Positions 29,019 through 38,903 are shown, counted from the first letter of the stretch. The stretch is DNA of 64,000 bases from Chitinophagales bacterium (GCA_030832085.1 JAURJU010000030.1:20309-84308); one strand, 5' to 3'. The notes: generated by a model not told the origin, from the sequence alone. Numbers and translations are program-made.

Positions 29019-29438
29019 TCAGTCATCATCTTTGGGATGCTTTTCAGCATTCTCCTTTGGTGAGATGGATAAAAACACAAAGAGCCATCCAAGGATGAAC
29101 ATCAATCCCCCCAGGGGCGTCACAAGTGCAACAATAGCGGTTTTTTCAAACCCCAAAAAGAGCAGCAGCTGTCTTAAATAAATGGATCCCGAGAAGAGGA
29201 TGATACCCGTGATGAATAAATTACCCGCCCAAACCATTGTCTTCTTTTTGTAGTGCCTGTGCAATATTCCCACAATAAAAATGGCAATGGCATGTGTCAT
29301 CATGTATGTTGTCGCCGTCTGGAAGCCAGCCATTGACTGCTCCGAAAGATAGGCCTTCAAGGCATGGGCGCCAAAAGCCCCAAGCACGACTGCCAGCATC
29401 GCAAACAAGGAGGCCAGCCTAAAAAATGTTCTTTGCAT
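29019..29438 (-). CDS. DUF423 family membrane protein (YgdD/TMEM256-like)
   Basis: AVVLGAFGAHAL, FQTA..Y...HA, GIILFSGSIY, TPLGG..FILGW. Confidence 0.88.
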   Translation of the reverse strand: MQRTFFRLASLFAMLAVVLGAFGAHALKAYLSEQSMAGFQTATTYMMTHAIAIFIVGILHRHYKKKTMVWAGNLFITGIILFSGSIYLRQLLLFLGFEKTAIVALVTPLGGLMFILGWLFVFLSISPKENAEKHPKDDD

Positions 29439-29973
29439 TTTGTATTGCATTTAAGAATTCTTCCATGGAAATATGCGGGTCGGTGATGGTGGTAGATGCC
29501 ATTGCATAAAACGGAATCCTGTCCGCCATCCTTTCGCGTATAAAATCAGTCAAGGCTGCTTCATCAAGATTTGCCAGTAGGGGTCTGGTTGCAGCCTCTT
29601 TTTTCAAGCGTTCACTGATCACCGCTTCGGGAGGATTTATCCAAACGGTCATTCCATGGTGGTTCATCCATTCCATGTTTTCATTGAAACATGGGGTTCC
29701 TCCCCCACAGGAAACGATCCCTACAATCCTGTTCTGATCCTTATTTTGGGGCATTTTGTTCAGCATCTCACTGTATACCTCCTTCAATGCCAAAGATTCC
29801 ATGTCCCTGAAGGACTGCTCTCCAAATTTTTCAAATATTCCCGAGATGGTAATGCCTTGCTTCTTTTCCAGATAGTTGTCGAGGTCTACCATTGGAACAT
29901 GAAGGTGGTTTGCGAGTCCTTTCGCATAAAAAGACTTTCCCGATCCCATGAAACCAACCAGAAAAACAATCAT
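29419..29973 (-). CDS. aroK: Shikimate kinase
   Basis: LVGFMGSGKS, DLD, FRDME, SCGGGTPCF, TRPLL, R.PFY. Confidence 0.92.
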   Translation of the reverse strand: MIVFLVGFMGSGKSFYAKGLANHLHVPMVDLDNYLEKKQGITISGIFEKFGEQSFRDMESLALKEVYSEMLNKMPQNKDQNRIVGIVSCGGGTPCFNENMEWMNHHGMTVWINPPEAVISERLKKEAATRPLLANLDEAALTDFIRERMADRIPFYAMASTTITDPHISMEEFLNAIQNAKNIF

Positions 29974-30071
29974 TCGTTTTTGATTTGGTACTAATGTATG
30001 CATTTAAAAACACTTTTAAAGCAAGCGCCATTTAAACGCTCCAATGGGCAAGAAACCAAACGAACTTAATA

Positions 30072-30101
30072 TTGCGGGCTAGAAAACTATGTTTAAATTT
30101 G
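30072..30101 (+). promoter_or_regulatory. Complete sigma-70 promoter for mgtE
   Basis: TTG (30072-74), 19 nt spacer, TAAATTTG (30094-30101). Confidence 0.7.
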
Positions 30102-30120
30102 CAGAAATCGGTATTCAGGC

Positions 30121-31512
30121 ATGATTCAGGTCGACACGCATATGGATCTTCAGGAGCAGTACGAATTCTTCCTCAGGGAAGAAAACCGCGTGCACATGAC
30201 TGAATTTCTGAATGAACTGAACATCAGTGATGTCGCCCAACTGATTGAGGACAACAAGGAACATGCCACCGAAATCATGGCCGACTTGTCCATTCACAGG
30301 GCAGCAAGCACCTTCAAGATCATTGAGCTCGGTGTGCAGAAAGACATCATACAAGAGCTGAATCCCCTCAAAACTGCTGCTTTACTGAACGAACTCCCTG
30401 CGGATGACCGTACTTCATTTCTTGAGGAGTTGTCTACCAATGCAGTAAGGGAACTGATCAAACTGCTGAATCCGGAGGAAAGAAAAATCACACTTTCCTT
30501 GCTGGGTTACCCAGAGGGCAGCGTTGGGCGTCTGATGACCCCAGATTATATTGCGGTACAGGCCGACTGGACCATTTCAGAAGTTTTGGACCATATCAGG
30601 GAAGTTGGACAGGAATCTGAAACCATAGATGTCATTTATGTCATCAACGACCAGGGACAATTGTTGGATGACGTAAGAATCAAGGAGTTTTTGCTTTCAC
30701 CTCCTGAAAGATTGGTGAGCGAGCTGACAGACGGAAGGTACATCGAACTCAATGTGTATGACGACCAGGAAAAGGCCAACCAAGTATTCAAGATGAACAA
30801 CAGGGTTGCATTGCCTGTAGTGGACAACAACAATATCCTATTGGGCATTGTAACCATCGATGACGTGCTTTGGGTGGCCAATGAAGAATTCAGTGAGGAC
30901 ATGCAAAAAATGGGAGGTACTGAAGCCCTGGAAGAACCCTATCTGGAAATTTCGATTTTCAGGCTCTTCAAAAAAAGGGTTGGATGGCTGATTGTACTGT
31001 TTCTGGGTGAAATGCTTACGGCAACTGCCATGGCGAGTTATGAACATGCCCTGGACCAGGCGCTCATTCTTTCCCTTTTCATCCCTTTGATCATATCGAG
31101 TGGAGGAAATACAGGATCTCAGGCATCTTCACTGATCATCCAGGCGCTCACCGTGGGGGAAGTTACCCTGGCTGACTGGTGGAAGGTCATGCGGAGGGAA
31201 ATTGTCTCAGGCCTGATGCTGGGAACCGTTTTGGGGATCATCGGCTTTTCCAGGGTGATGGTTTGGTCACAGATATTTCCTGAAGTATATGGTATCCACT
31301 ATTTTCTTGTGGCCATGGTAGTGGGGGTATCGCTGATTGGTGTCGTCATGTTTGGAACCATTACCGGATCTATGCTCCCCATTGTACTCAAGAAACTGGG
31401 AGCTGACCCCGCTGTGTCTTCCGCACCTTTCGTTGCCACCCTGGTGGATGTAACGGGTGTTATCATTTATTTCAATTGCGCCTATCTCTTCCTCAAGGGT
31501 ACGATGCTTTGA
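30121..31512 (+). CDS. mgtE: Magnesium transporter MgtE
   Basis: MgtE_N, CBS pair (SVGRLMTPDY, GIVTIDD), TM region ISSGGNTGSQ, DPAVSSAPFVATLVD. Confidence 0.95.
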   Translation: MIQVDTHMDLQEQYEFFLREENRVHMTEFLNELNISDVAQLIEDNKEHATEIMADLSIHRAASTFKIIELGVQKDIIQELNPLKTAALLNELPADDRTSFLEELSTNAVRELIKLLNPEERKITLSLLGYPEGSVGRLMTPDYIAVQADWTISEVLDHIREVGQESETIDVIYVINDQGQLLDDVRIKEFLLSPPERLVSELTDGRYIELNVYDDQEKANQVFKMNNRVALPVVDNNNILLGIVTIDDVLWVANEEFSEDMQKMGGTEALEEPYLEISIFRLFKKRVGWLIVLFLGEMLTATAMASYEHALDQALILSLFIPLIISSGGNTGSQASSLIIQALTVGEVTLADWWKVMRREIVSGLMLGTVLGIIGFSRVMVWSQIFPEVYGIHYFLVAMVVGVSLIGVVMFGTITGSMLPIVLKKLGADPAVSSAPFVATLVDVTGVIIYFNCAYLFLKGTML

Positions 31513-32229
31513 TCAAATGGCCTGGTGGTTGAACGGCTGCAAAACCATTTCACTGACCACTCCACTTGCTGGCTGTTGGCATAAAAACCAAATTGACCTT
31601 GCAGCCTCTTCCTCTCTGATCATTTTTTCTTTTTGAACCTTCAGGTCAATGTTATCCCAAAAAGGTGAGTCCACTCCCCCCAAAAACAGGTTCGTAATCC
31701 TTATCTCTGTGCGCTTCAGCTCTTCCCTTATGCTCTGCATCATTCCCACTATCCCATATTTGCTTGCAGAATAAGCTGCAGCACCTGCCATGGGTACTTT
31801 TCCAAGTACGCCCGGAATATTGATGATCAGTCCCTTTTTTACTTCTTTCATCGCAGGTAGAAAAGATTTGACGAAAAGGAATGTACCCACAAGGTTGGAT
31901 TGGAGGGATTGATTGAAGTCATCAATGGACAACTGCTCCAGGGGCTTGATGATTCCAATGCCTGCTGCATTGATCAGGATGTCCGGCGTACCCAGGTTTG
32001 TTAAAACCGCAGAAGCCAAGCCTTCCATCTGTGATGCGCTTCCAAGGTCTACTGCAACAACATGCGACGAGGGGATGGACAATTTTTCTGCCAAGGCCAT
32101 CAATTTGTTTTCATTTCTTCCAGTAATAAAAACCTCTGCCCCACTTTGAACCAGCAACTTCACCAATTGATTGCCTATGCCACCGGAGGCACCTGCCACC
32201 ACTATTTTTTTACCATTGAGTTTTTCCAT
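31513..32229 (-). CDS. SDR family oxidoreductase
   Basis: GASGGIG, INAAG, YSASKYG catalytic YxxxK. Confidence 0.88.
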   Translation of the reverse strand: MEKLNGKKIVVAGASGGIGNQLVKLLVQSGAEVFITGRNENKLMALAEKLSIPSSHVVAVDLGSASQMEGLASAVLTNLGTPDILINAAGIGIIKPLEQLSIDDFNQSLQSNLVGTFLFVKSFLPAMKEVKKGLIINIPGVLGKVPMAGAAAYSASKYGIVGMMQSIREELKRTEIRITNLFLGGVDSPFWDNIDLKVQKEKMIREEEAARSIWFLCQQPASGVVSEMVLQPFNHQAI

Positions 32230-32307
32230 AAATCGATTTCAATGTAAACACAATAGATCTGATTTTGTTTGATCAACAGGAATTGCAACCAAGAGCATTG
32301 GAAACTT

Positions 32308-32315
32308 TACCTTTG
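32308..32315 (+). promoter_or_regulatory. -7 element for the epimerase-thioesterase unit
   Basis: TACCTTTG 27 nt upstream of ATG 32343. Confidence 0.5.
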
Positions 32316-32342
32316 AAGGGGATAAGGGCAGTTAAATCAACC

Positions 32343-33443
32343 ATGATGAAGATCAGTTCAATTGAAATCAGCAGGCTTACCATTCCAATGGAACCATTTG
32401 TAATTGCAACTGAAACCTGCTATGCGGCGAACAACATTTACCTGAAAATCAATACTGATGAGGGACTTTGCGGTGTAGGTGAGTGCAGCCCCTTTCCGAT
32501 GCTGGTGGGAGAAACCCAAGATACCTGCTTCCATGTAGGAAAAGAACTTGCCCGCATCATCAAGGGAAAGAATCCTATTTCTATTGCAGAAAGAATGAGG
32601 GAGTTGCACGCCCATATTGCGTTCAACAGCACAATTAAAAGTGCCTTTGACATGGCATTGCATGACATTGCTGCAAAAGCAAAGAACATGCCTTTGTATG
32701 CCTTTTTGGGAGGCAAAAAGAAACCCATACAGACAGACCTCACCATAGGCATAGACAGCCCAGAAAACATGGCCAACAAAGCCCGTAGATTTGTTCAAAA
32801 TGGCGTAAAAATCATCAAGGTAAAACTTGGAAAGAACGGAAAGGATGACATCCAAAGGATTCGTCTGATACGGGCAGCAGTGGGCAACGAAATACAATTG
32901 CGGGCAGATGCCAACCAGGGATGGAGCTATGAAACTGCATTGCATGTATTGAATGCAATTGAACAATACAATATCGATTTTTGTGAACAGCCGATGCACC
33001 ATCATCTTGACCCTATGCTGCCTGCATTGAAAAGAAATGTTTCTATTCCACTGATGGCTGATGAAAGTGTATTCAATCATTTTGATGCAGAAAGACTCAT
33101 CACCAGTGACAGCTGCAGCTGTATCAACATCAAACTCGCAAAATCGGGTGGAATTCTTGAAGCCATTGAAATTGCCAATACAGCCGCACGGTACAACATC
33201 CCCTGCATGCTTGGAGGGATGGTAGAAAGCAGGCTTGCCCTGACGGCAAAGGTCCACCTTGCGATGGCACATGAAAATATCCATTTTTACGACCTCGACA
33301 CCTGCCTCCTGGGCCACCTGACAGATCCTGTGCTGCAAGGTGCGCGTTACAACAACTATTTTCTTGAGCTGGATGAATTGCCAGGCATAGGTGCAGACAT
33401 TTCACCCGCTTTTTTAGAGAATGCCGAAACAACAACCATCTAA
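32343..33443 (+). CDS. Dipeptide epimerase (L-Ala-D/L-Glu epimerase, enolase superfamily)
   Basis: GVGEC, IKVKLG (KxK), DANQG, CEQP, ADES, INIKLAK, DLD. Start set at ATG 32343. Confidence 0.88.
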   Translation: MMKISSIEISRLTIPMEPFVIATETCYAANNIYLKINTDEGLCGVGECSPFPMLVGETQDTCFHVGKELARIIKGKNPISIAERMRELHAHIAFNSTIKSAFDMALHDIAAKAKNMPLYAFLGGKKKPIQTDLTIGIDSPENMANKARRFVQNGVKIIKVKLGKNGKDDIQRIRLIRAAVGNEIQLRADANQGWSYETALHVLNAIEQYNIDFCEQPMHHHLDPMLPALKRNVSIPLMADESVFNHFDAERLITSDSCSCINIKLAKSGGILEAIEIANTAARYNIPCMLGGMVESRLALTAKVHLAMAHENIHFYDLDTCLLGHLTDPVLQGARYNNYFLELDELPGIGADISPAFLENAETTTI

Positions 33444-33455
33444 ATTGAATCACAG

Positions 33456-33971
33456 ATGAAACCTAAAAATGCCTTAGCATCAAAAGTCATCATGACTGAG
33501 CTGGTGTTTCCAAACGACACCAACTTTTATGGAAACCTCATGGGCGGAAGACTTATGTATTGGATGGATACAGCAGCAGCAATGTCTGCAGGTAAACATT
33601 GTAATGCTCCATGCGTGACCGTTTCCGTAGACAACATTTCGTTCGATGCATCCATAAAACTTGGACAGGTTGTGCACATAGAGGCACAAATATCAAGAGC
33701 ATTCAAGTCGTCTATGGAAGTACACATTTCGGTTTGGGGAGAAGACCTGACCCAGCAATACAAATACAAAAGCAATGAAGCCTATTTTACTTTTGTTGCA
33801 ATAGATCCCAACGGGAAACCCAGGGCAGTGCCGGAACTGATTCCTGAGACAGAGGAAGAAAAAAAAGTCTTTGATGGCGCATTAAGAAGAAGGCAACTCA
33901 GGTTGGTGCTGGCGAAGAAGATGAAACCAGAGGAGGCAACAGAATTGAAAGCCCTTTTCACGAACAGTTGA
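33456..33971 (+). CDS. Acyl-CoA thioesterase (hotdog fold, YciA-like)
   Basis: VFPNDTN..GNLMGG.LM.WMD, VTVSVDNISF, AYFTFVA.D. Confidence 0.9.
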   Translation: MKPKNALASKVIMTELVFPNDTNFYGNLMGGRLMYWMDTAAAMSAGKHCNAPCVTVSVDNISFDASIKLGQVVHIEAQISRAFKSSMEVHISVWGEDLTQQYKYKSNEAYFTFVAIDPNGKPRAVPELIPETEEEKKVFDGALRRRQLRLVLAKKMKPEEATELKALFTNS

Positions 33972-33972
33972 A

Positions 33973-34731
33973 TCAACCGCGAACTGTTTCATGGTGATGT
34001 CCGCCCTTCAGCATGAAAGTCTTGCTTTGCTCAATGGCATTCATCACCTGTTCAAGTATTTCTTCAACGGATTGTTCATAATCAATGTTGAGTGGCTCTT
34101 TGAAACTCACGGACAATGTTGTTCCCCTTTTTTTAAACCTCAATCCCTTGCGGTTGAAGGCCCGCCAAAAACCATTGATTACTACCGGTACAACAACCGG
34201 CCGCATTGATTTGATGATGTGTGCAGTGCCCTTTCTGCCTGGAGCAAATGGTTTTGTAGTTCCCTGGGGGAAAGTAATGACCCAGCGCTTGGCCAAGGCC
34301 TCATTGATTTTAGAGGCATCATTGACATCCACATCGCGCTTGACATCCTTACCTGCCGCCCTCCAGGTACGCTTGATCGTTATCGCGCCCGCCAACGTGA
34401 AGAGCCGGGTCAGGAGGTTGTCTCTCATTGTTTCCTCAGCAGCAACAATATTCACATCCACAAAAGGGTTCAGAAAATAGAAAGGAAGGCCAAGCCTATT
34501 CTTTTTGCCCCATTTTACGGCACAAAAAATGTGAAGAAAAGCAATGACATCTGCAAAATAGGTTTGGTGATTGCTGACAAACAAGACGTTTTGCTTCGGG
34601 AGGGATTTGAGGTTTTCCGTGCCGCTGATCTTGAGCTTGTTGACAATTGCAAGTCCTGGATAGGTAAATAAACCAACCAGGGCATATACCAATTTCCTTA
34701 CAAGCTTGATGTCCTTGAGTTTGTCAATCAT
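33973..34731 (-). CDS. Lysophospholipid acyltransferase (PlsC-like)
   Basis: VSNHQTYFAD (HX4D), TFPQGTT, RPVVVPV. Confidence 0.85.
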   Translation of the reverse strand: MIDKLKDIKLVRKLVYALVGLFTYPGLAIVNKLKISGTENLKSLPKQNVLFVSNHQTYFADVIAFLHIFCAVKWGKKNRLGLPFYFLNPFVDVNIVAAEETMRDNLLTRLFTLAGAITIKRTWRAAGKDVKRDVDVNDASKINEALAKRWVITFPQGTTKPFAPGRKGTAHIIKSMRPVVVPVVINGFWRAFNRKGLRFKKRGTTLSVSFKEPLNIDYEQSVEEILEQVMNAIEQSKTFMLKGGHHHETVRG

Positions 34732-34850
34732 GAGGCTGTCAAGATAAGGAATAATCCATAAAGCAGATTACTCTGTTGAGCCACAAATGAACTGTTCTGC
34801 AAACAACCGTTGTGCTGAAATGCACTAATTTTATCGAAAGACCTGCACAC

Positions 34851-35513
34851 ATGAAAACTACAACTGCGATATTTGACATGGATGGGCTGCTCATTGATTC
34901 TGAACCACTTTGGCATGCTGCTGCGCAGCAATGCCTCACAAGATTCAACGTTGTGATTGAGGCGCAGGAATATGCAAAAACAACCGGATTGAGAACGAAG
35001 GAATTCCTTCAACATTGGTTCAATGTTTTTGCAATTGACCCTTCAAACATACCTCAGGCTGAAAAAGACATTACTGAAACAGTAATATCCATGGTCGTTG
35101 AAAAAGGTGAAATGATGGATGGGGTGGCCAATGTCCTTGAAATCGTAACACAATCCTCTCTGAAAATTGGGCTGGCCAGTTCATCTCCCCTATCACTCAT
35201 CAATGCAGTTCTTCAAAAAATGAAAATGGTCGGTATGTTTTCAGCTGTTGCATCTGCTGAGCACCTCCCATTCGGAAAACCGCATCCGCAGGTATTCATC
35301 AATTGTGCGATAGCGCTGGGAAGTCACCCAACAGAATGCATTTGTTTTGAAGACTCTTTCAATGGGCTTCTTGCTGCAAAAGCTGCAAGAATGAAGTGCG
35401 TTGTGGTTCCGCATCCTGACGATTTTCATCATCGCCATTGGTCAATTGCCGAGCTCAAGCTTGATTCGTTGCTTTCCCTGCAGGCACACGAATTCCATCA
35501 CCTGATAGCATAA
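34851..35513 (+). CDS. HAD phosphatase, HxpB/YniC-like
   Basis: IFDMDGLLIDSEPLW, LASSSP, GKPHPQVF, FEDSFNG. Start set at ATG 34851. Confidence 0.85.
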   Translation: MKTTTAIFDMDGLLIDSEPLWHAAAQQCLTRFNVVIEAQEYAKTTGLRTKEFLQHWFNVFAIDPSNIPQAEKDITETVISMVVEKGEMMDGVANVLEIVTQSSLKIGLASSSPLSLINAVLQKMKMVGMFSAVASAEHLPFGKPHPQVFINCAIALGSHPTECICFEDSFNGLLAAKAARMKCVVVPHPDDFHHRHWSIAELKLDSLLSLQAHEFHHLIA

Positions 35514-35540
35514 AAAAAGTCCTGTGCATGTGCACAGGAC
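35512..35540 (-). terminator. Intrinsic terminator of rpsA
   Basis: GTCCTGTGC-N4-GCACAGGAC perfect 9-bp stem followed by T7 on the minus strand, between the converging rpsA and HAD genes. Confidence 0.85.
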
Positions 35541-35575
35541 CCTTATCGTTAGGAGTAAGCAGTGAACAAGTTTCC

Positions 35576-37387
35576 TTATTCTCCGCCTTCCATTTTCTTT
35601 TTGAGTTCAGCAAGAACACCAAGGTCGCCCAATGTTGATTTCTCAACCTTGTTCTGAATGTCCTTAACAGCCTTCTTTGTTTTGGCTGCATCGGCCTTCT
35701 TTTCCTTGACAACTGCTTCTTTCTCGTCAGCTGCAACCTGCTCCCAGATGCGGGCATGGCTCAACACAATTCTCTTTTCGTTGCGATCGAATTCGATCAC
35801 TACAAATTGAGCGGTTTCGTCAGCACCAACTGTTTTTCCGTCTTCTTTTGCAAGATGACGTGCAGGCGCGAATCCTTCAAGACCATAAGGAAGCTGAACA
35901 ACAGCACCTTTATCATCCTTCTTTACAACAGTTCCTTCATGGATAGAACCAATTGCGAAGGTTTCCTGAAGGGCATTCCAAGGATCTTCCTCAAGTTGCT
36001 TGTGGCCAAGCTGAAGCTTCCTGTTTTCCTTGTCGATGTTCAGGATCATGATGTCAATTTGACTTCCTGATTTGGTGAACTCGGTAGGATGGTTGTAACG
36101 CTTCAGCCAGCTGAGATCGCTGATGTGGATCATACCACCGATACCTGGCTCAAGTTCAACAAACACACCGTAAGGAGTGATGTTCTTTACAAGCCCAGTG
36201 TGGCGGCTGCCTACAGGATATTTCTCCTCGATGATGTTCCATGGGTCTGAAGTGAGCTGCTTGATAGAAAGGCTCATCTTCCTGCTGTCCTTGTCAAGTG
36301 TCACCACTTTTGCTTCGTACTCATCTCCCAGCTTGAAGAACTCTTTTGCATTCACCGGAGTGTTTGCCCAAGTGATCTCGCTGACGTGAACAAGTCCTTC
36401 AACACCAGGGGTGATTTCAAGGAATGCACCATAATCTTCAATGTTCACTACCCTTCCCTTGACATTTGCACCTTCAACAATTTCAGTTGACAATGTATCC
36501 CAAGGATGAGGTGTCAATTGCTTAAGACCAAGGCTGATCCTGCGTTTCTCGTCATCGAAGTCAAGAACAACGACATTGAGTTTTTGATCCAGTTTGAGCA
36601 CCTCAGAAGGATGGTTGATACGTCCCCAACTGATGTCTGTAATATAAAGAAGGCCATCTACGCCACCAAGATCAAGGAATGCTCCGAAATCAGTGATGTT
36701 TTTGATGGTTCCCTCAAGAACCTGACCTTTTTCAAGTTTACCCATGATCTCGGCACGTTGTGCTTCGATATCACTTTCAATGAGTGCCTTGTGTGAAACA
36801 ACTGCATTCTTGATGGTTTCGTTGATCTTAACCACCTTGAAGTCCATTGTCTTGCCGACAAACTGATCGTAGTCGGTAACGGGTTTAACGTCGATTTGTG
36901 ATCCGGGAAGGAATGTTTCCATGCCCATGATGTCAACGATAAGACCTCCCTTGGTTTTGCTGGTAACAAAGCCAGAGACAACTTCACCTGATTTGTGCAT
37001 TTCCACAATACGCTCCCAGGCACGCGTGATACGCGCTTGCTTGCGGCTGAGGTGCAGGTGACCTTCCCTGTCTTCCTTCTCAACTACCATAACTTCAACT
37101 ACATCACCGGTTTTCAATCCGTGCAGGTCCCTGAATTCGTTCAACGAAACAAGACCATCACTTTTAAAGCCGATGTTGATTACCACGTCGGTTTTGGTAA
37201 GGCCCACTACGATGCCTTGAACCATTTCACCATCTGTGATTTGTTTGAATGTGCCCTCATAAACGGCATCATACTTGAGTTGCTCCTCGTTGTTGTAACG
37301 GGCAACGTTGCGCTTGTCAATGCTCCAATCGAAATCATCGTGTGCGGAGACTGTTGACGGATTTGCTAGTGTGTTGTTTTCTTCCAC
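35576..37387 (-). CDS. rpsA: 30S ribosomal protein S1
   Basis: GFKSDG, FLPGSQID, repeated FGAF/YGAF/YGVF S1 domains, SLG.KQL..PW. GTG start. Confidence 0.97.
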   Translation of the reverse strand: MEENNTLANPSTVSAHDDFDWSIDKRNVARYNNEEQLKYDAVYEGTFKQITDGEMVQGIVVGLTKTDVVINIGFKSDGLVSLNEFRDLHGLKTGDVVEVMVVEKEDREGHLHLSRKQARITRAWERIVEMHKSGEVVSGFVTSKTKGGLIVDIMGMETFLPGSQIDVKPVTDYDQFVGKTMDFKVVKINETIKNAVVSHKALIESDIEAQRAEIMGKLEKGQVLEGTIKNITDFGAFLDLGGVDGLLYITDISWGRINHPSEVLKLDQKLNVVVLDFDDEKRRISLGLKQLTPHPWDTLSTEIVEGANVKGRVVNIEDYGAFLEITPGVEGLVHVSEITWANTPVNAKEFFKLGDEYEAKVVTLDKDSRKMSLSIKQLTSDPWNIIEEKYPVGSRHTGLVKNITPYGVFVELEPGIGGMIHISDLSWLKRYNHPTEFTKSGSQIDIMILNIDKENRKLQLGHKQLEEDPWNALQETFAIGSIHEGTVVKKDDKGAVVQLPYGLEGFAPARHLAKEDGKTVGADETAQFVVIEFDRNEKRIVLSHARIWEQVAADEKEAVVKEKKADAAKTKKAVKDIQNKVEKSTLGDLGVLAELKKKMEGGE

Positions 37388-37396
37388 TATTAAGTT

Positions 37397-37404
37397 CCTC
37401 CTTT
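37397..37404 (-). promoter_or_regulatory. Strong Shine-Dalgarno sequence of rpsA (AAAGGAGG)
   Basis: AAAGGAGG ends 9 nt upstream of the GTG start. Confidence 0.7.
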
Positions 37405-37447
37405 TGTTTGAATTTCAAGCTGTTTTGTCAGCCTGATTTGGGGACGG

Positions 37448-37455
37448 CAAAGGTA
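37448..37455 (-). promoter_or_regulatory. -7 element for rpsA
   Basis: TACCTTTG followed by CCGTCCC on minus strand. Confidence 0.65.
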
Positions 37456-37544
37456 ATAGAAATCCTGGTTCTTTCAGCAAAAAACCATGTTTTTTGATCG
37501 TTTTTTTCAGATCAAACCCTACTTGGCAATGATTTTCAATGGAT

Positions 37545-38831
37545 TTATGCTCCGGCTATCCTCCTGACTGCTTCCGCAAGCTTGTCAAGGTCCTTGAGCG
37601 ATGTGTAGACATTGGGGGTTACCCTTACCCCATGGATGTTTTCCCAGTTGATGGCCACCGTATGAATCTTGTATTTGGAAAAGAGCTCCCCTGCAACTTC
37701 CTCAGGTTTTTTCCCTTCGATGGCAATACTGGCGATGGCACAAGAAAGATGCTTGGATTTGGGCTGATTGAAGGATACCCGCGAGAGGTCTTTGACCTGG
37801 CTCACCCAATGGTCCTTGAGTTGACGCAACCTTGCCTCTTTGCGCTTGCTTCCGATCACATCATGAAAATCCACCGCCGCGCCGATGGCCATTTCGGAAG
37901 CAAATGATCGGGTTCCCAGGGATTCAAACTTGCGAATATCCTTCCCATCGGGTTCGTTGTTGGAAAGCAGGGCCCAGACATGCTTGATTTTTTCCTTCCT
38001 GATATAGAGCATTCCGCTCCCAAATGGCGCACTCAACCATTTGTGCAGCGATGTTGCAAAGTAATCGCATCCAAGATCAGGAATCTTGAAATCAAAATGA
38101 GCAAAGCTGTGTGCCCCGTCAGCAATCACCTCAATTCCCATCGCATGTGCGGCATCCGCTACTTTTTTTACCGGCATGATCTGGCCACACCAATTGATCA
38201 GATGGGTGACCATTACCACTTTTGTGCGCGGCGTAAAAGCAGCAATGTACTGCGCGGCCAAAACCTCTTCATTTTCCTCGGGTAGCTTGAGGTCTATCCA
38301 AATCAGCTTTATGCCATCCCTTTTCTCTCTTTGCTTCCACGCGTTGATCATGTTTGGATAATCCTGCCTTGTCAACACAACTTCATCGCCGGGCTTGAGG
38401 TTAAGGCCAAATATTACCGTATTGAGCCCCTCAGTTGCATTGCGGTTGATGGCAATTTCTTCCTTGTCACAACCTGCAAGAAGGGATAGCTTTTCACGCA
38501 AGGGCTCTCTGCCCTGATCCAGGATCTGCCACATGTAATAAGAGGGCGCTTCATTGGCATACTGGTAATAGCGGATATGTGCGTCTTGAACAACTTTGGG
38601 TTGTGGAGCAACACCACCATTGTTCAAATTCATGATATTGGGACTTACCGTGTACGCTTCCCGTACCCATCCCCAAAAATCCTCATCCCCCAGGGCAATG
38701 CCCGATTGATTTGCATGTGTCGTTTTTCTGTAAGCATTTGCCGCTTCAGCAAATACTGGATCAACGGCTGAAATGAAAGGCAACACGGCGGCAGACCTTA
38801 AAAAATTTCTGCGGGAAGAGGGATATGGCAT
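37545..38831 (-). CDS. Tat-exported class V PLP enzyme (isopenicillin N epimerase-like)
   Basis: SSRRNFLRSA Tat motif, LNNGG, RNATE, DGAH, PLP Lys in ATSLHKW, GVRVTP. Confidence 0.82.
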   Translation of the reverse strand: MPYPSSRRNFLRSAAVLPFISAVDPVFAEAANAYRKTTHANQSGIALGDEDFWGWVREAYTVSPNIMNLNNGGVAPQPKVVQDAHIRYYQYANEAPSYYMWQILDQGREPLREKLSLLAGCDKEEIAINRNATEGLNTVIFGLNLKPGDEVVLTRQDYPNMINAWKQREKRDGIKLIWIDLKLPEENEEVLAAQYIAAFTPRTKVVMVTHLINWCGQIMPVKKVADAAHAMGIEVIADGAHSFAHFDFKIPDLGCDYFATSLHKWLSAPFGSGMLYIRKEKIKHVWALLSNNEPDGKDIRKFESLGTRSFASEMAIGAAVDFHDVIGSKRKEARLRQLKDHWVSQVKDLSRVSFNQPKSKHLSCAIASIAIEGKKPEEVAGELFSKYKIHTVAINWENIHGVRVTPNVYTSLKDLDKLAEAVRRIAGA

Positions 38832-38903
38832 GGGAATAAAATTGTGGAATTGCTAAGGGTTCTCAATCTTCATCTCCTCCAAGATACACTTGCTTTGCGA
38901 CAT

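Noticed and set aside
31513-32229. SDR as CapC (dehydrocapnine reductase)
   Set aside because: Only generic SDR motifs, and it is 6.6 kb from the SulA-like gene; cannot be assigned without a search.
32358-33338. 326-aa minus-strand ORF
   Set aside because: Antisense shadow of the dipeptide epimerase; no recognisable motifs.
37545-38831. Cysteine desulfurase call
   Set aside because: No catalytic Cys loop motif, and it carries a Tat signal.
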